IMG/VR virus record: IMGVR_UViG_3300042549_001103
Coordinates: 1 to 61,630 of that record
DNA length: 61,630 bases
Reading direction: 5' to 3' (one strand)
Source: a virus
Taxonomy: Duplodnaviria > Caudoviricetes
The position numbers and the translations under genes were made by a program. Under the pieces are notes generated by a model. The model had not been told where the DNA came from. It searched no databases and saw nothing but the letters and a program-made list of their open reading frames with translations. Positions 29,440 to 38,000 of this stretch are shown in pieces (within the stretch, counting starts at the first letter, position 1; each line of letters opens with the position of its first letter).

Positions 29440-29454
29440 CCTTACACTGTAAGG
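29440..29454. promoter_or_regulatory. Palindrome site 1, CCTTACACTGTAAGG
   Basis: Intergenic; symmetry extends to atccttacactgtaaggat. Confidence 0.75.
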
Positions 29455-29488
29455 ATGTTGTACTGATTGTTTATAAAGTTACTGCTGC

Positions 29489-29863
29489 CTACGTAGTGGG
29501 CTTGTACACCCAATACGTACGATTTGTAATGCGCCTACCCACACTTGGTATGTCTTGAGTAGGCGGTGTAGCTGATAGCATACTGAGTACTGCAATACGT
29601 TCTTGTACCCATTCGGGTAGTGTGTCTAATGAATCATACGTACCTTCTAATGCGGAGTCAATACTTTCTAACCCTATGCAAGTAACATCTACCACATTGT
29701 CATGCTCGATATGTATACGGTAGATCGTTGATGCAGGTTGATCGGTGAGCATTTTTAGCTTTTCATATGTATTCCCCAAATCTATTCCCGTGCTAGGTAA
29801 GAGCGTTATCATATCCAGAAATAACTTTAGACAACGTTTCTGCGATACGCTATACGACATCAC
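29489..29863 (-). CDS. Hypothetical protein
   Basis: LPEWVQERIAVL...VGRR...YWV, similar to the C-terminus of the upstream ORF. Confidence 0.6.
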   Translation of the reverse strand: MMSYSVSQKRCLKLFLDMITLLPSTGIDLGNTYEKLKMLTDQPASTIYRIHIEHDNVVDVTCIGLESIDSALEGTYDSLDTLPEWVQERIAVLSMLSATPPTQDIPSVGRRITNRTYWVYKPTT

Positions 29864-30815
29864 GATCTACCCAGTAGACACCCTTACCCACATTCACCCC
29901 GACACCATCCACGTACTCATCCTTGGATAGCATATCAAGTACCGCAAGTTTACCAGCAATATCTTCCGGCATATCTGCCACAGGGATAGTCTGTAGGGTA
30001 GGGGGCGTAGAGTTAGACACATCGGGAAACATCAACACATCAGCCATTACTACCCCCACTCGTTCATACAAGCGCACGTTATAACTACTTACTGCGCGCG
30101 TACCCTCCGCCTTGTACTTGTCAAGCGCCTCCTCATACTTGTCTACGTACTCCTTGACCTTTGGGCTGTCGAACGAATAGCCCTTGTCCTTAGCCGCAAC
30201 TAATTCATTCAATACCATACTAACTAAGCTAGATGAGTTCCTTGACAACTCGTACTTAACGTCAACGAGTTTACTTTCTAGATCACGTACCCTGCTTGTT
30301 GCTTTCAGCGAGTAGTCCAACCTACTCTCGTTTGCTATCTCCACAGGTGTACACGTCTTGAGATGTTTCAGTGCAAGTGTTACCGCGGCGTTCAAGCGTT
30401 TAGATGCACGAGTCCTATACGCTGCGTTGTGTGCTCTGTACTTAGTGTTCTCGATGTCACGACTGTACACAGTGTATGCAGAATCATCCGTATTACTACG
30501 CCGCCCCTCTAAGTTCGGGTTGTGATACCCGATACGACCCATGGCATACACATCCCCCTCACGATACACGAGCAGCTGTAAAAACAACGTGCCGAGGTGT
30601 GTGATACCCGAGGATACCCACGAACTTGTTGTGTTCCTACACACACCGAACCGCAGTGAACCGTTCTTCGCTTGTAGTGCTTGCATAAACTCATACAACT
30701 CTTTGACCACAGGAAACCCACCCACTAGGTAGGGTGTTACCTCCGGCGCTGTTGGCTCATTCACAGCTGCGTACTCAGCGATACTGCTTACTTCGTTTTG
30801 CCATTGTCTGTACAT
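29850..30815 (-). CDS. Hypothetical early protein
   Basis: Start at 30815 after aaggaga; ends MPEDIAGKLAVL...VGVNVGKGVYWV. Confidence 0.65.
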   Translation of the reverse strand: MYRQWQNEVSSIAEYAAVNEPTAPEVTPYLVGGFPVVKELYEFMQALQAKNGSLRFGVCRNTTSSWVSSGITHLGTLFLQLLVYREGDVYAMGRIGYHNPNLEGRRSNTDDSAYTVYSRDIENTKYRAHNAAYRTRASKRLNAAVTLALKHLKTCTPVEIANESRLDYSLKATSRVRDLESKLVDVKYELSRNSSSLVSMVLNELVAAKDKGYSFDSPKVKEYVDKYEEALDKYKAEGTRAVSSYNVRLYERVGVVMADVLMFPDVSNSTPPTLQTIPVADMPEDIAGKLAVLDMLSKDEYVDGVGVNVGKGVYWVDRDVV

Positions 30816-30825
30816 GGTGTTCTCC

Positions 30826-31833
30826 TTAAACTTGTTCGGTTGCAAATAGGTCAAGCATCTTATTCATCAGTCTGTTGTACTGCGACTTAAACTTCCTCAT
30901 GCTATCTACATCTGAAAACGTCTTAATGCTTGCGTTGCATTCGACCAGTATCATTGTCGTCAGTGCCGTACGCAGCACGTGCTCATCGTCTTTCAATATA
31001 TCTTTAACCAACGCTGACATCTCTGGTGTTGGTATACGCATCGGTACATAGGAGTTTGCAAAGATCTTATCCCCCGCAAAATCTATGAATTCCGCCACCG
31101 CTACATCGCGCGCTCTCCATTTACTTTCCATACCCGATACAAGCATCGGCGATATTACACACATCCAGTTAAAGTAGTCACGCAACTGTTTGCGGTACGG
31201 GCTTTTTGCATCGCGGTCTATCTTGTTAGTCTTAAGCGTATACAACTCACTCGTACGCTCATACGTATCAGGTGACGTTTGCTTGAACCATAGCATCTCA
31301 CCTCCATCCTTAGTTACCACTCCTGTACTCCAGTCAACTCCGTAATCCATCCTTGGTAGTACGTGCACCTTCCTATCTACGTGTGTATGGATTGAGTTAG
31401 CACGTGTGCTACCTGCTGAACTAAACGACATACCCCGCGGGGTGTACGCCTGTAAGAACCCATAGCGCCCCATCCATACACCCTGAACTGAACCAGAACG
31501 TATGCGAATGTAATCCCCGTCAACTCTTCGCTGCACCATGATTGGTGCGAACTGTAGCTCCAACTCTAGCGGCATTGGGCTGTACGAACGTACCGAACTT
31601 AGTACGCCATCAGATAGCACGTAGGTGTTCTCATCAACTTTAATGATGCGTTCGATCTTGTTGCGTCTTGCCCCGATTGGGCGCACATCATCTTCGAGTT
31701 TGCTCTTCCTACTTACGATTGGTTTAACTGATTCGTACTTCGCACGTATGAGATCAAAGTGCATCTCGCTTGCGGGTTTAACTTTTAGTCCTGATGACAG
31801 GCTTTCGTATTCACGTATAAGTCCGTATGCCAT
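30826..31833 (-). CDS. Hypothetical early protein
   Basis: 335 aa ORF with a purine-rich RBS. Confidence 0.65.
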   Translation of the reverse strand: MAYGLIREYESLSSGLKVKPASEMHFDLIRAKYESVKPIVSRKSKLEDDVRPIGARRNKIERIIKVDENTYVLSDGVLSSVRSYSPMPLELELQFAPIMVQRRVDGDYIRIRSGSVQGVWMGRYGFLQAYTPRGMSFSSAGSTRANSIHTHVDRKVHVLPRMDYGVDWSTGVVTKDGGEMLWFKQTSPDTYERTSELYTLKTNKIDRDAKSPYRKQLRDYFNWMCVISPMLVSGMESKWRARDVAVAEFIDFAGDKIFANSYVPMRIPTPEMSALVKDILKDDEHVLRTALTTMILVECNASIKTFSDVDSMRKFKSQYNRLMNKMLDLFATEQV

Positions 31834-31861
31834 GATTGATACTCCCTATTAGTTTTAGATT

Positions 31862-31876
31862 CCTTACAGTGTAAGG
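31862..31876. promoter_or_regulatory. Palindrome site 2, CCTTACAGTGTAAGG
   Basis: Intergenic. Confidence 0.75.
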
Positions 31877-31883
31877 ATATGGT

Positions 31884-33062
31884 TTAGTTAATGTGTACGT
31901 ACTTACCCACGCTTGGACGTGCGCCCTTGTTATTCTGAATACACCACAGCACAGGCGTTGTCCACGCGCCCCATGAGCCACCGAGATACCCATCGGTCAG
32001 CACCACTACTGCTTGCGGCTTAATGCCATGCTCTGCAATGTACTGAGGCACACACTCAACTGTTGTGCCACCACCCCCTGCGGGTTTAGTCGATGTGGTC
32101 AGGCGATCAAGATCATCTTGCTCATACACTTCATCACGACACACCTCAGTATCCCAGTACAACAAGCGCACCTTGGATGGGTGCACCGTATCGCAGATAG
32201 CCTTAACCTCCGACAAGAAGGATGACAGTTCCCTTGCGCCGATAGAGCCTGATGTGTCGATAGCCAACACCAACTCACCGACTGACTCACTGATACCCGA
32301 TGGTAAGTAATAGCCTGATGACATATACCTACGGTTAGGCTTGCGCCATGTAGAGTAATCGTTACCAGTGCACGTGGTTGATACAAACTCACGCAGCACC
32401 TCACGCCAATCTATCTGTGGTTGTAACAGTCCGTCCATGTCACGATTACCACCGCTACCCATCTTGCCCGCAGACAGCACACCTTGACGTATCGCCTTGT
32501 CAATCTCGCGCTCCAGTTCTTTGCTTTCGGCATCGCTCATCTCTTGAGCATCATCCCACCCATGCTCATCCATGCTACCCCCACCACCCCCACCACCCCC
32601 ACCGCCCTCGTCATCATCTTGCTTGAGTAAGTGGTAGACCTCGGCGCTATCCATATCACGATACTTTGTGTTGAGTAGTCCGACCTTGGGCATCACGATA
32701 AACTTCTTGCCGTTATCACCATCGACGAGCTTGACGTTAATCACGTAGTCACACGCCATATTTGCAAGGCGTGCGTTGTCCTCGTACAGATGTCGCCATG
32801 TCGTGATGTGCCTATACATCTTATGGTATGCCTCGTGCAGCACAAGAAAGCGCAGCTCTGCATCGCTCAAGCTCTCAACAAACTTGCGACCATACACTTC
32901 GTCACGCCCGTTGGTGTACGCCGTGGGTGTCTTATCACATACTGACTTGTCACCAATCATTAGCACTGGTGCGATAGCGTAGTAGTGCGGTTCAGCCATG
33001 ATGTCGATGACTGCCTTGTTCAGTCGCTGCTCGACTGTGAGTTGTTTACCTAGCATTAACAT
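31884..33062 (-). CDS. Metallopeptidase-like plus VWA domain protein (DUF2201-type)
   Basis: TAYTNG, LHEAYH, ANMACDYVIN; poly-Gly linker; MIDAS DTSGS; GGGGT; LTDG. Confidence 0.85.
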   Translation of the reverse strand: MLMLGKQLTVEQRLNKAVIDIMAEPHYYAIAPVLMIGDKSVCDKTPTAYTNGRDEVYGRKFVESLSDAELRFLVLHEAYHKMYRHITTWRHLYEDNARLANMACDYVINVKLVDGDNGKKFIVMPKVGLLNTKYRDMDSAEVYHLLKQDDDEGGGGGGGGGGSMDEHGWDDAQEMSDAESKELEREIDKAIRQGVLSAGKMGSGGNRDMDGLLQPQIDWREVLREFVSTTCTGNDYSTWRKPNRRYMSSGYYLPSGISESVGELVLAIDTSGSIGARELSSFLSEVKAICDTVHPSKVRLLYWDTEVCRDEVYEQDDLDRLTTSTKPAGGGGTTVECVPQYIAEHGIKPQAVVVLTDGYLGGSWGAWTTPVLWCIQNNKGARPSVGKYVHIN

Positions 33063-33064
33063 GA

Positions 33065-33232
33065 TTATTCCTCCACTTCATCTACGTAACCTACGGTTAT
33101 ATACAGATCGTCATACGGCAAAACTTCCTTTGCCTTTTTAAGTGCGATGATCTGGGCTTGTTCTTCGTTCTCTGCCTCAACTTCGTGATGTACGCTTGCT
33201 GAGTAGTCGATGCAAACTAAATACTTCTTCAT
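33065..33232 (-). CDS. Small hypothetical protein (55 aa; not in the track)
   Basis: MKKYLVCIDYSASVHHEVEAENEEQAQ...; RBS aaggag. Confidence 0.6.
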   Translation of the reverse strand: MKKYLVCIDYSASVHHEVEAENEEQAQIIALKKAKEVLPYDDLYITVGYVDEVEE

Positions 33233-33245
33233 TTCACTTCTCCTT

Positions 33246-33260
33246 CCTTACACTGTAAGG
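33246..33260. promoter_or_regulatory. Palindrome site 3, CCTTACACTGTAAGG
   Basis: Intergenic, abutting an RBS. Confidence 0.75.
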
Positions 33261-33266
33261 TTTTAG

Positions 33267-34352
33267 TTAAGCCTTGTCGGCTGTGAACAAGTAGTTGTTA
33301 GCCATTGCCCACGTTGTGAACTTCTTGTTAGTCATCACGATGTTCTTGCGTGAGTACTTCTCTTGCCGTACACCGTTGGCAAACATACCCTGTGACTCCT
33401 TATCCATACGCATCATGTAGTCCATCCATGGGTCAACCCACTCACGCTCGATGTTAGTCAGCGCACGGAACACGACCATACACTTGACCGCAGCCGACGT
33501 TGGTAGTGCCGCACCCATCGGGTCTTTCTTAATAGACTCAAGGCTTGGCAACTCATCGGCTAACTTCACGAACGCCATCAGATCAAGGGCTGCACGTTCG
33601 CCTATCGTACCCATGAGTAACGCTGTCAACGATTGGTCATCGTAATGTTCGCGCTGTTTGAGCCAGTCCGATGCAGACTCCAATGAACGTGGTGTCACGA
33701 ACGCCTCGCGCTGCTGCTGTGGGTGAAAGATGTACGGGTTGTCCTCGGGTGTCTTGACCTCATCGAACGATTGAAACAATGCGGGGGTGTCCTTGCAGAA
33801 ACCCAGTAACGTGTGATCTATGCCATTGTTGATACCCCACTCGACCCACTCGATATGTGTAGGCTTGCGTGATGTCACAAGAGTCATGCGGTTACGTGCA
33901 TGGGGTGGTACTAAGTCACCTACACCCTCTGCGCCTAGGTTAGTGGTTGCGAACACAAGCCCACGCAGATCATACGAGCCGATCTTGCGCTCTAAGATAA
34001 TACGTAGCATTGCGTTCTTGACCGCAGGGTTAGCCTTACCGAACTCGTCGATCATTAAGATGATGGGCTTATTCAAGTGCACACCCAACTCTTCGTTCGG
34101 CACAAAGCGCACGAACCCTTGCTCGTCCATAGTTTGTAAGCTAGGAATGCTGATGTCGCCCAAGTCCTTAGTCGTGCAGTCAAAGTAGCAGGGCGTGTGG
34201 TCGGGTAACAACTTAGCGAGTGTCTTGAGCAGGGATGACTTACCCGTACCCATGTGTCCTCGCACAAGCACCGTGTTGTCGTAGCCACCATGCAAGATGG
34301 CGTTACTGATTTGGTCAAGTGACAGGGCGTATAGAGATGTAGCTGATGCCAT
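33267..34352 (-). CDS. MoxR-like AAA+ ATPase
   Basis: GHMGTGKS, LMIDE, ATTN, ARNR, TPRS. Confidence 0.85.
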   Translation of the reverse strand: MASATSLYALSLDQISNAILHGGYDNTVLVRGHMGTGKSSLLKTLAKLLPDHTPCYFDCTTKDLGDISIPSLQTMDEQGFVRFVPNEELGVHLNKPIILMIDEFGKANPAVKNAMLRIILERKIGSYDLRGLVFATTNLGAEGVGDLVPPHARNRMTLVTSRKPTHIEWVEWGINNGIDHTLLGFCKDTPALFQSFDEVKTPEDNPYIFHPQQQREAFVTPRSLESASDWLKQREHYDDQSLTALLMGTIGERAALDLMAFVKLADELPSLESIKKDPMGAALPTSAAVKCMVVFRALTNIEREWVDPWMDYMMRMDKESQGMFANGVRQEKYSRKNIVMTNKKFTTWAMANNYLFTADKA

Positions 34353-34408
34353 GATAATTCCTTATAAGATGTTTGATTGTGTTACTTGTTGTACTCGGTG
34401 CTGCAAAC

Positions 34409-34424
34409 CCTTACAGCTGTAAGG
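34409..34424. promoter_or_regulatory. Palindrome site 4, CCTTACAGCTGTAAGG (16 bp)
   Basis: Overlaps the stop codon of 34411-35331. Confidence 0.65.
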
Positions 34425-35331
34425 ATGGTAGTGCTTTCAATACTGCATCTACTTTCTGCTTCGTCTCATGGCGCAAGTAGTCGTCCTCACGCAGAGCCTC
34501 GGCTGACACACACAAGAACGTATCTTCAAGTGAGCGTGCCATTGCTGCCATCTGACTGTCGCCTGTGATATTGCACGACTTCATGATGTCCACGATTTCC
34601 ACCACGTTATCCACGAGCGAGTCACGAAACACTTTGCGCGTAGTCTTGTCACGGCTGTTGGCATAGTCAAGGCGTTCTGACATCTTAGATAACGCTGTGT
34701 ACGCCCGCTTCCATATATCGCCCATTGCGTTGTTAAGCTGCGCGGTGTAGTACTGTGTGTAGTGCGATGTTAAGAGATCATTAGCTTCCTTGCCCATGTC
34801 CACACGAAAGTCACCCACCTCTGGCACAGGCATATAGTTAGCACTGAACCGGAACTTAGACACCAAGCTGTCCGATGTCGGGTACTCATCGGCATGGAAT
34901 AACGCGCCTAGCTTGACTTGTGACTGCCCAATCTCCCACGAATACGCGTCGATAAACACTTGCACAAGCCGCACGAACTCTTGCTCGAGCTCACTGATCT
35001 GCTTGGTGTACTTGAAATACTGAGCCGTTGGCAACAGGCGCAGCCCCGAGTCCGACCATGGCATGGTCATCGCATAGTGGATGTTGCGAGCGTTCGCAGC
35101 AAACTTACTCACCGCATCCAATTCGGCACAGTCCCCAAGCAACTTCTTGTTCACGCTTGCCGTGCCACGTGCTGCGTTGTTAGCAGATGTAACCTCTGCG
35201 CTTGCTCGCTTGTCCAACTTGCGACCTGTCCACGTACTGATGTTTAGTTCCACGAGCATTGCAGCCGTACTGATTGATGGTGCGTTAATAGATGGTGCTG
35301 TGTGTGTTGCGTTAATAGATGGTGCGTTCAT
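34411..35331 (-). CDS. Conserved phage protein (DUF3150-like) of the MoxR/VWA cluster
   Basis: WTGRKLD...TMPWSDSGLRLLP...EYP. Confidence 0.6.
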   Translation of the reverse strand: MNAPSINATHTAPSINAPSISTAAMLVELNISTWTGRKLDKRASAEVTSANNAARGTASVNKKLLGDCAELDAVSKFAANARNIHYAMTMPWSDSGLRLLPTAQYFKYTKQISELEQEFVRLVQVFIDAYSWEIGQSQVKLGALFHADEYPTSDSLVSKFRFSANYMPVPEVGDFRVDMGKEANDLLTSHYTQYYTAQLNNAMGDIWKRAYTALSKMSERLDYANSRDKTTRKVFRDSLVDNVVEIVDIMKSCNITGDSQMAAMARSLEDTFLCVSAEALREDDYLRHETKQKVDAVLKALPSLQL

Positions 35332-35345
35332 GATGTTTTCCTTTT

Positions 35346-35360
35346 CCTTACACTGTAAGG
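35346..35360. promoter_or_regulatory. Palindrome site 5, CCTTACACTGTAAGG
   Basis: Intergenic, abutting an RBS. Confidence 0.75.
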
Positions 35361-35444
35361 TTCTGATTGATATTGTTAAGTGATACTCGGTCTATCGTAT
35401 AAGCAGCTTGCGCTGCCTACTTTCATTTCATTCACTACAACTAC

Positions 35445-35474
35445 ATTATAACACTATATGACACACTATGTCAA
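35445..35474 (-). promoter_or_regulatory. Sigma70 early promoter
   Basis: TTGACA-18 nt-TATAAT with extended TG. Confidence 0.8.
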
Positions 35475-35494
35475 GTTATTACACTTCTTGATAC

Positions 35495-35677
35495 TTATAC
35501 CTCATTGAATCTAAACTTACGCACCCATATAAAACGGGTGTCAAGCGGCACGTACACTCGCAGCTCAAAAGCCTTATCGCTGTAGATTTCATGGCACACA
35601 CTGATACCCCTGTCGGGCGTCACGCCTAACACCTCTACGATCTTGCCGTTGGGCAGCTTCCCTGCTGTGAATTCCAT
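35495..35677 (-). CDS. Small hypothetical protein
   Basis: Start at 35677 after taaggagaacgta. Confidence 0.6.
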   Translation of the reverse strand: MEFTAGKLPNGKIVEVLGVTPDRGISVCHEIYSDKAFELRVYVPLDTRFIWVRKFRFNEV

Positions 35678-35687
35678 TACGTTCTCC

Positions 35688-35828
35688 TTATTCCTCACGC
35701 ATACCTACGGGCTTACGTTTCACGTACCGCACAGTCCACGGCACACCGTTAATCCACCCGCACGTACCGAGCGCTCCCGCAGGGCGTATTGCCCAACAGT
35801 TTCTTAGCCTCACCACTGTGTATTCCAT
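35688..35828 (-). CDS. Small hypothetical protein
   Basis: Start at 35828 after an identical taaggagaacgta. Confidence 0.55.
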   Translation of the reverse strand: MEYTVVRLRNCWAIRPAGALGTCGWINGVPWTVRYVKRKPVGMREE

Positions 35829-35838
35829 TACGTTCTCC

Positions 35839-36012
35839 TTAAAAGGGTTCAACTTCGCCTTGCTCTGCTTCCCGCACGTCCATGCATCCTGCATCAAAAC
35901 CTTTCTGGTACTGCTTGCACGTGTCGTATGCGTGGATGTTGATGGTGTTGTTCACTGCGTCCTGATAACCCATGGTGTAGTTAGCAGGGGTAGGGTTTTT
36001 GTAGTTAGTCAT
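35839..36012 (-). CDS. Small hypothetical protein (57 aa; not in the track)
   Basis: MTNYKNPTPANYTMGYQDA...YQKGFDAG; ATGA overlap; RBS aaggag. Confidence 0.55.
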   Translation of the reverse strand: MTNYKNPTPANYTMGYQDAVNNTINIHAYDTCKQYQKGFDAGCMDVREAEQGEVEPF

Positions 36013-36230
36013 TTCGCACTCCTTATGTACTTCGGGTTAAGATCTTTTAAGTCATTCATATCGGTAATAAGTACTGCGTTGGACTTGTGCAGGTTAACTA
36101 CTGTGTGCTTGCGTTGTTGCGCTTGTTGTTCACCGCATGGTAGGCACGTGCTGTATCCCAACTTGAACCGCTTGTGTGGCACGTAACCACCAAAACAAGT
36201 GGTGCATAAATATCTGGTGTCCTCACTCAT
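36009..36230 (-). CDS. C4 zinc-finger protein (DksA/TraR-like finger)
   Basis: CTTC...KRFKLGYSTCLPC; likely start at 36230. Confidence 0.55.
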   Translation of the reverse strand: MSEDTRYLCTTCFGGYVPHKRFKLGYSTCLPCGEQQAQQRKHTVVNLHKSNAVLITDMNDLKDLNPKYIRSAK

Positions 36231-36438
36231 CGAACTTTCCAATCCCTGCGACCGCAGGGTAACGCTCACCAGTGTTGATGTCGATGCAGTTACCAAGGTC
36301 GATGTCCTTGTGCTTGTTGGCGATGTACGCCATGGCACGCAGTAAGTCCGCATCACGAAAAAGCCCTGAGTGGTAGTCACGCAGCACCATGTGAATCTCG
36401 TCGTGCATTGCGCGTTGTTGGGTAGTAGTGGCTGTCAT
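36223..36438 (-). CDS. Hypothetical protein
   Basis: 71 aa with RBS aagga. Confidence 0.55.
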   Translation of the reverse strand: MTATTTQQRAMHDEIHMVLRDYHSGLFRDADLLRAMAYIANKHKDIDLGNCIDINTGERYPAVAGIGKFDE

Positions 36439-36453
36439 GGTATGTCCTTAGTT

Positions 36454-36660
36454 TCAATTTAGGAAAGTAAACTCTTTAGCGTCCCAGTAACGTGTGCTTG
36501 GGATGCCCTCGTGGTAAGTCACGAACCGATGTTGCTTGGGAAAGTAGGTCAGCAATTCGATACGTGCATCGTCTTTGATCTTGGTAAAGAACTTAGCTTC
36601 TGCAACTTGAAGCACCTCCTGATCTTTAGCCGATTGGCAAAACTCATAAACAACCTTCAT
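36454..36660 (-). CDS. Hypothetical protein
   Basis: 68 aa with RBS aagga. Confidence 0.55.
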   Translation of the reverse strand: MKVVYEFCQSAKDQEVLQVAEAKFFTKIKDDARIELLTYFPKQHRFVTYHEGIPSTRYWDAKEFTFLN

Positions 36661-36671
36661 CTCGTTTTCCT

Positions 36672-36893
36672 TTAGGTTTGGTTGTCGTTACGTATGGTTT
36701 CTATTTCTTGCAACATCGAAGTAAGCACGCGCTCTACCCTGTCTTGCAACACGTGGGGTTTGGGGTAGTCACCTTGTACTGCGCTTAGCCCGATGTTTAG
36801 GTTTGCGAAGTTGTCTAGCAAACATCTGAGCGTCCGTGCCCTGAGCAAGTGCAAGTCATGCCTTGCGTGAATCAACTCTGTTTCTGTACTCAT
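36672..36893 (-). CDS. Hypothetical protein
   Basis: First gene after the promoter at 36997. Confidence 0.55.
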   Translation of the reverse strand: MSTETELIHARHDLHLLRARTLRCLLDNFANLNIGLSAVQGDYPKPHVLQDRVERVLTSMLQEIETIRNDNQT

Positions 36894-36905
36894 CGTATTT
36901 CCTTT

Positions 36906-36920
36906 CCTTACACTGTAAGG
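36906..36920. promoter_or_regulatory. Palindrome site 6, CCTTACACTGTAAGG
   Basis: Lies between promoter and RBS. Confidence 0.75.
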
Positions 36921-36968
36921 TTTATTGTTAGGTGTCGGTCATGGTGTTTCTTCATTCACCATACCTCT

Positions 36969-36997
36969 ATTATACCCCAAGTGGCATACTATGTCAA
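36969..36997 (-). promoter_or_regulatory. Sigma70 early promoter
   Basis: Perfect TTGACA-17 nt-TATAAT. Confidence 0.85.
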
Positions 36998-37018
36998 GTT
37001 TTGACAAATAGTGTCAAG

Positions 37019-37100
37019 GATGTGCTTTCCGAAGATGACGGGGTTCACAATGTGTAATGGAGTGTCGTAGATGTGCTTTCCGAAGATGACGGGGTTCACA
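37019..37100. repeat. 31-bp direct repeat x2 (period 51)
   Basis: gatgtgctttccgaagatgacggggttcaca at 37019-37049 and 37070-37100. Confidence 0.9.
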
Positions 37101-37158
37101 GAGTGAAAGTTCTTGTAAAGTTCTGTATGGGGTGTGTGCAAGTCATTGATATGGAACG

Positions 37159-37461
37159 AATGTTCGAAAGTAACAATGTTCTCAGGTAATACCTGCCGGA
37201 AAGTGGTGTCCACGTTTTTGAGGCAAAATTAGAACTTTCGCAGGACTTCAAAAAGGGGCAAAAAAAATTCCTAGGTTAAAAGGCAATCTCAAATAGAACA
37301 TTAGAACATTCATAATATATTAATATAACTTACTAAAACACAAACTATGGTTTACTAAATTGTGTCAAGAATGTACGTAAAACTACGTAAAGTGGCGTAA
37401 AACTAATGTTCCTAACAAATGGAACATTCGAAGAACTTTAGAACATTTGAAGTGGAACATT
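37159..37461. repeat. Cluster of GAACATT/AATGTTC heptamers in AT-rich DNA
   Basis: Copies at 37159, 37175, 37296, 37304, 37405, 37422, 37441 and 37455. Confidence 0.7.
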
Positions 37462-37507
37462 CACTTTTCCAACACACCATAACTCTGCATAGTTTAAATT
37501 TAGCCTG

Positions 37508-37790
37508 CGCTCGTCGCGACTCGTAAAACTATCATTTACCTACCCCGCAGCCTTAGAGGCGTGTGGCTCTCCGCGGTGCTGTCTTGCAGCCTTAGAGGCG
37601 TGTGGCTCTCCGCGGTGCTAAAAAACACGACCCTCAAAAAAACCACGCTCGTCGCGACTCGTACAACTATCATCGCCCCGCTAGCCTTAGAGGCGTCTAG
37701 CTCTCCGAGGTGCTACCCGCTAGCCTTAGAGGCGTCTAGCTCTCCAGCCTGCTCAAAAACTGCGCTCATCGCGACTCGAAGAACTATCAT
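37508..37790. repeat. Nested repeat array A-B-B-A-B'-B'-A
   Basis: A (28 bp) at 37508, 37646, 37763; B (34 bp) at 37547, 37586; B' (30 bp) at 37677, 37716. Confidence 0.9.
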
Positions 37791-37910
37791 AAACCGCCAA
37801 GAAAAAACTGACGGAGAATTTAAGCGGCATTGTGCATGGCGTAGGTTGTTCGGTTTGGCATGGGCTGCGCCCATCGGTTTGGCAACGGGAAGGTTTTTAT
37901 TGTGCCGGAT

Positions 37911-37926
37911 CCTTACAAGTGTAAGG
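37911..37926. promoter_or_regulatory. Palindrome site 7, CCTTACAAGTGTAAGG (16 bp)
   Basis: Just downstream of the minus-strand terminator. Confidence 0.65.
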
Positions 37927-37948
37927 TTTGTCTGGATCGTACGGACGC

Positions 37949-37981
37949 AAAAAAACCCGCAAGGTTTGCACCAAGCGGGCT
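37949..37981 (-). terminator. Rho-independent terminator of the first early operon
   Basis: Minus strand agcccgcttggt-gcaa-accttgcggg followed by a T-run. Confidence 0.7.
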
Positions 37982-38000
37982 AAGTTAAATGTAGTGTGGG

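Noticed and set aside
36989-37213. 74-aa ORF with duplicated VNPVIFGKHI
   Set aside because: It arises from the 51-bp-period repeat, overlaps the promoter -35 box and has no clear RBS; not fully excluded
37019-37790. CRISPR array
   Set aside because: No run of identical repeats with unique, similar-length spacers; the units are tandem or nested and there is no cas operon
37561-37983. 140-aa plus-strand ORF
   Set aside because: It is a translation of the repeat array, has no RBS and runs against the local gene direction
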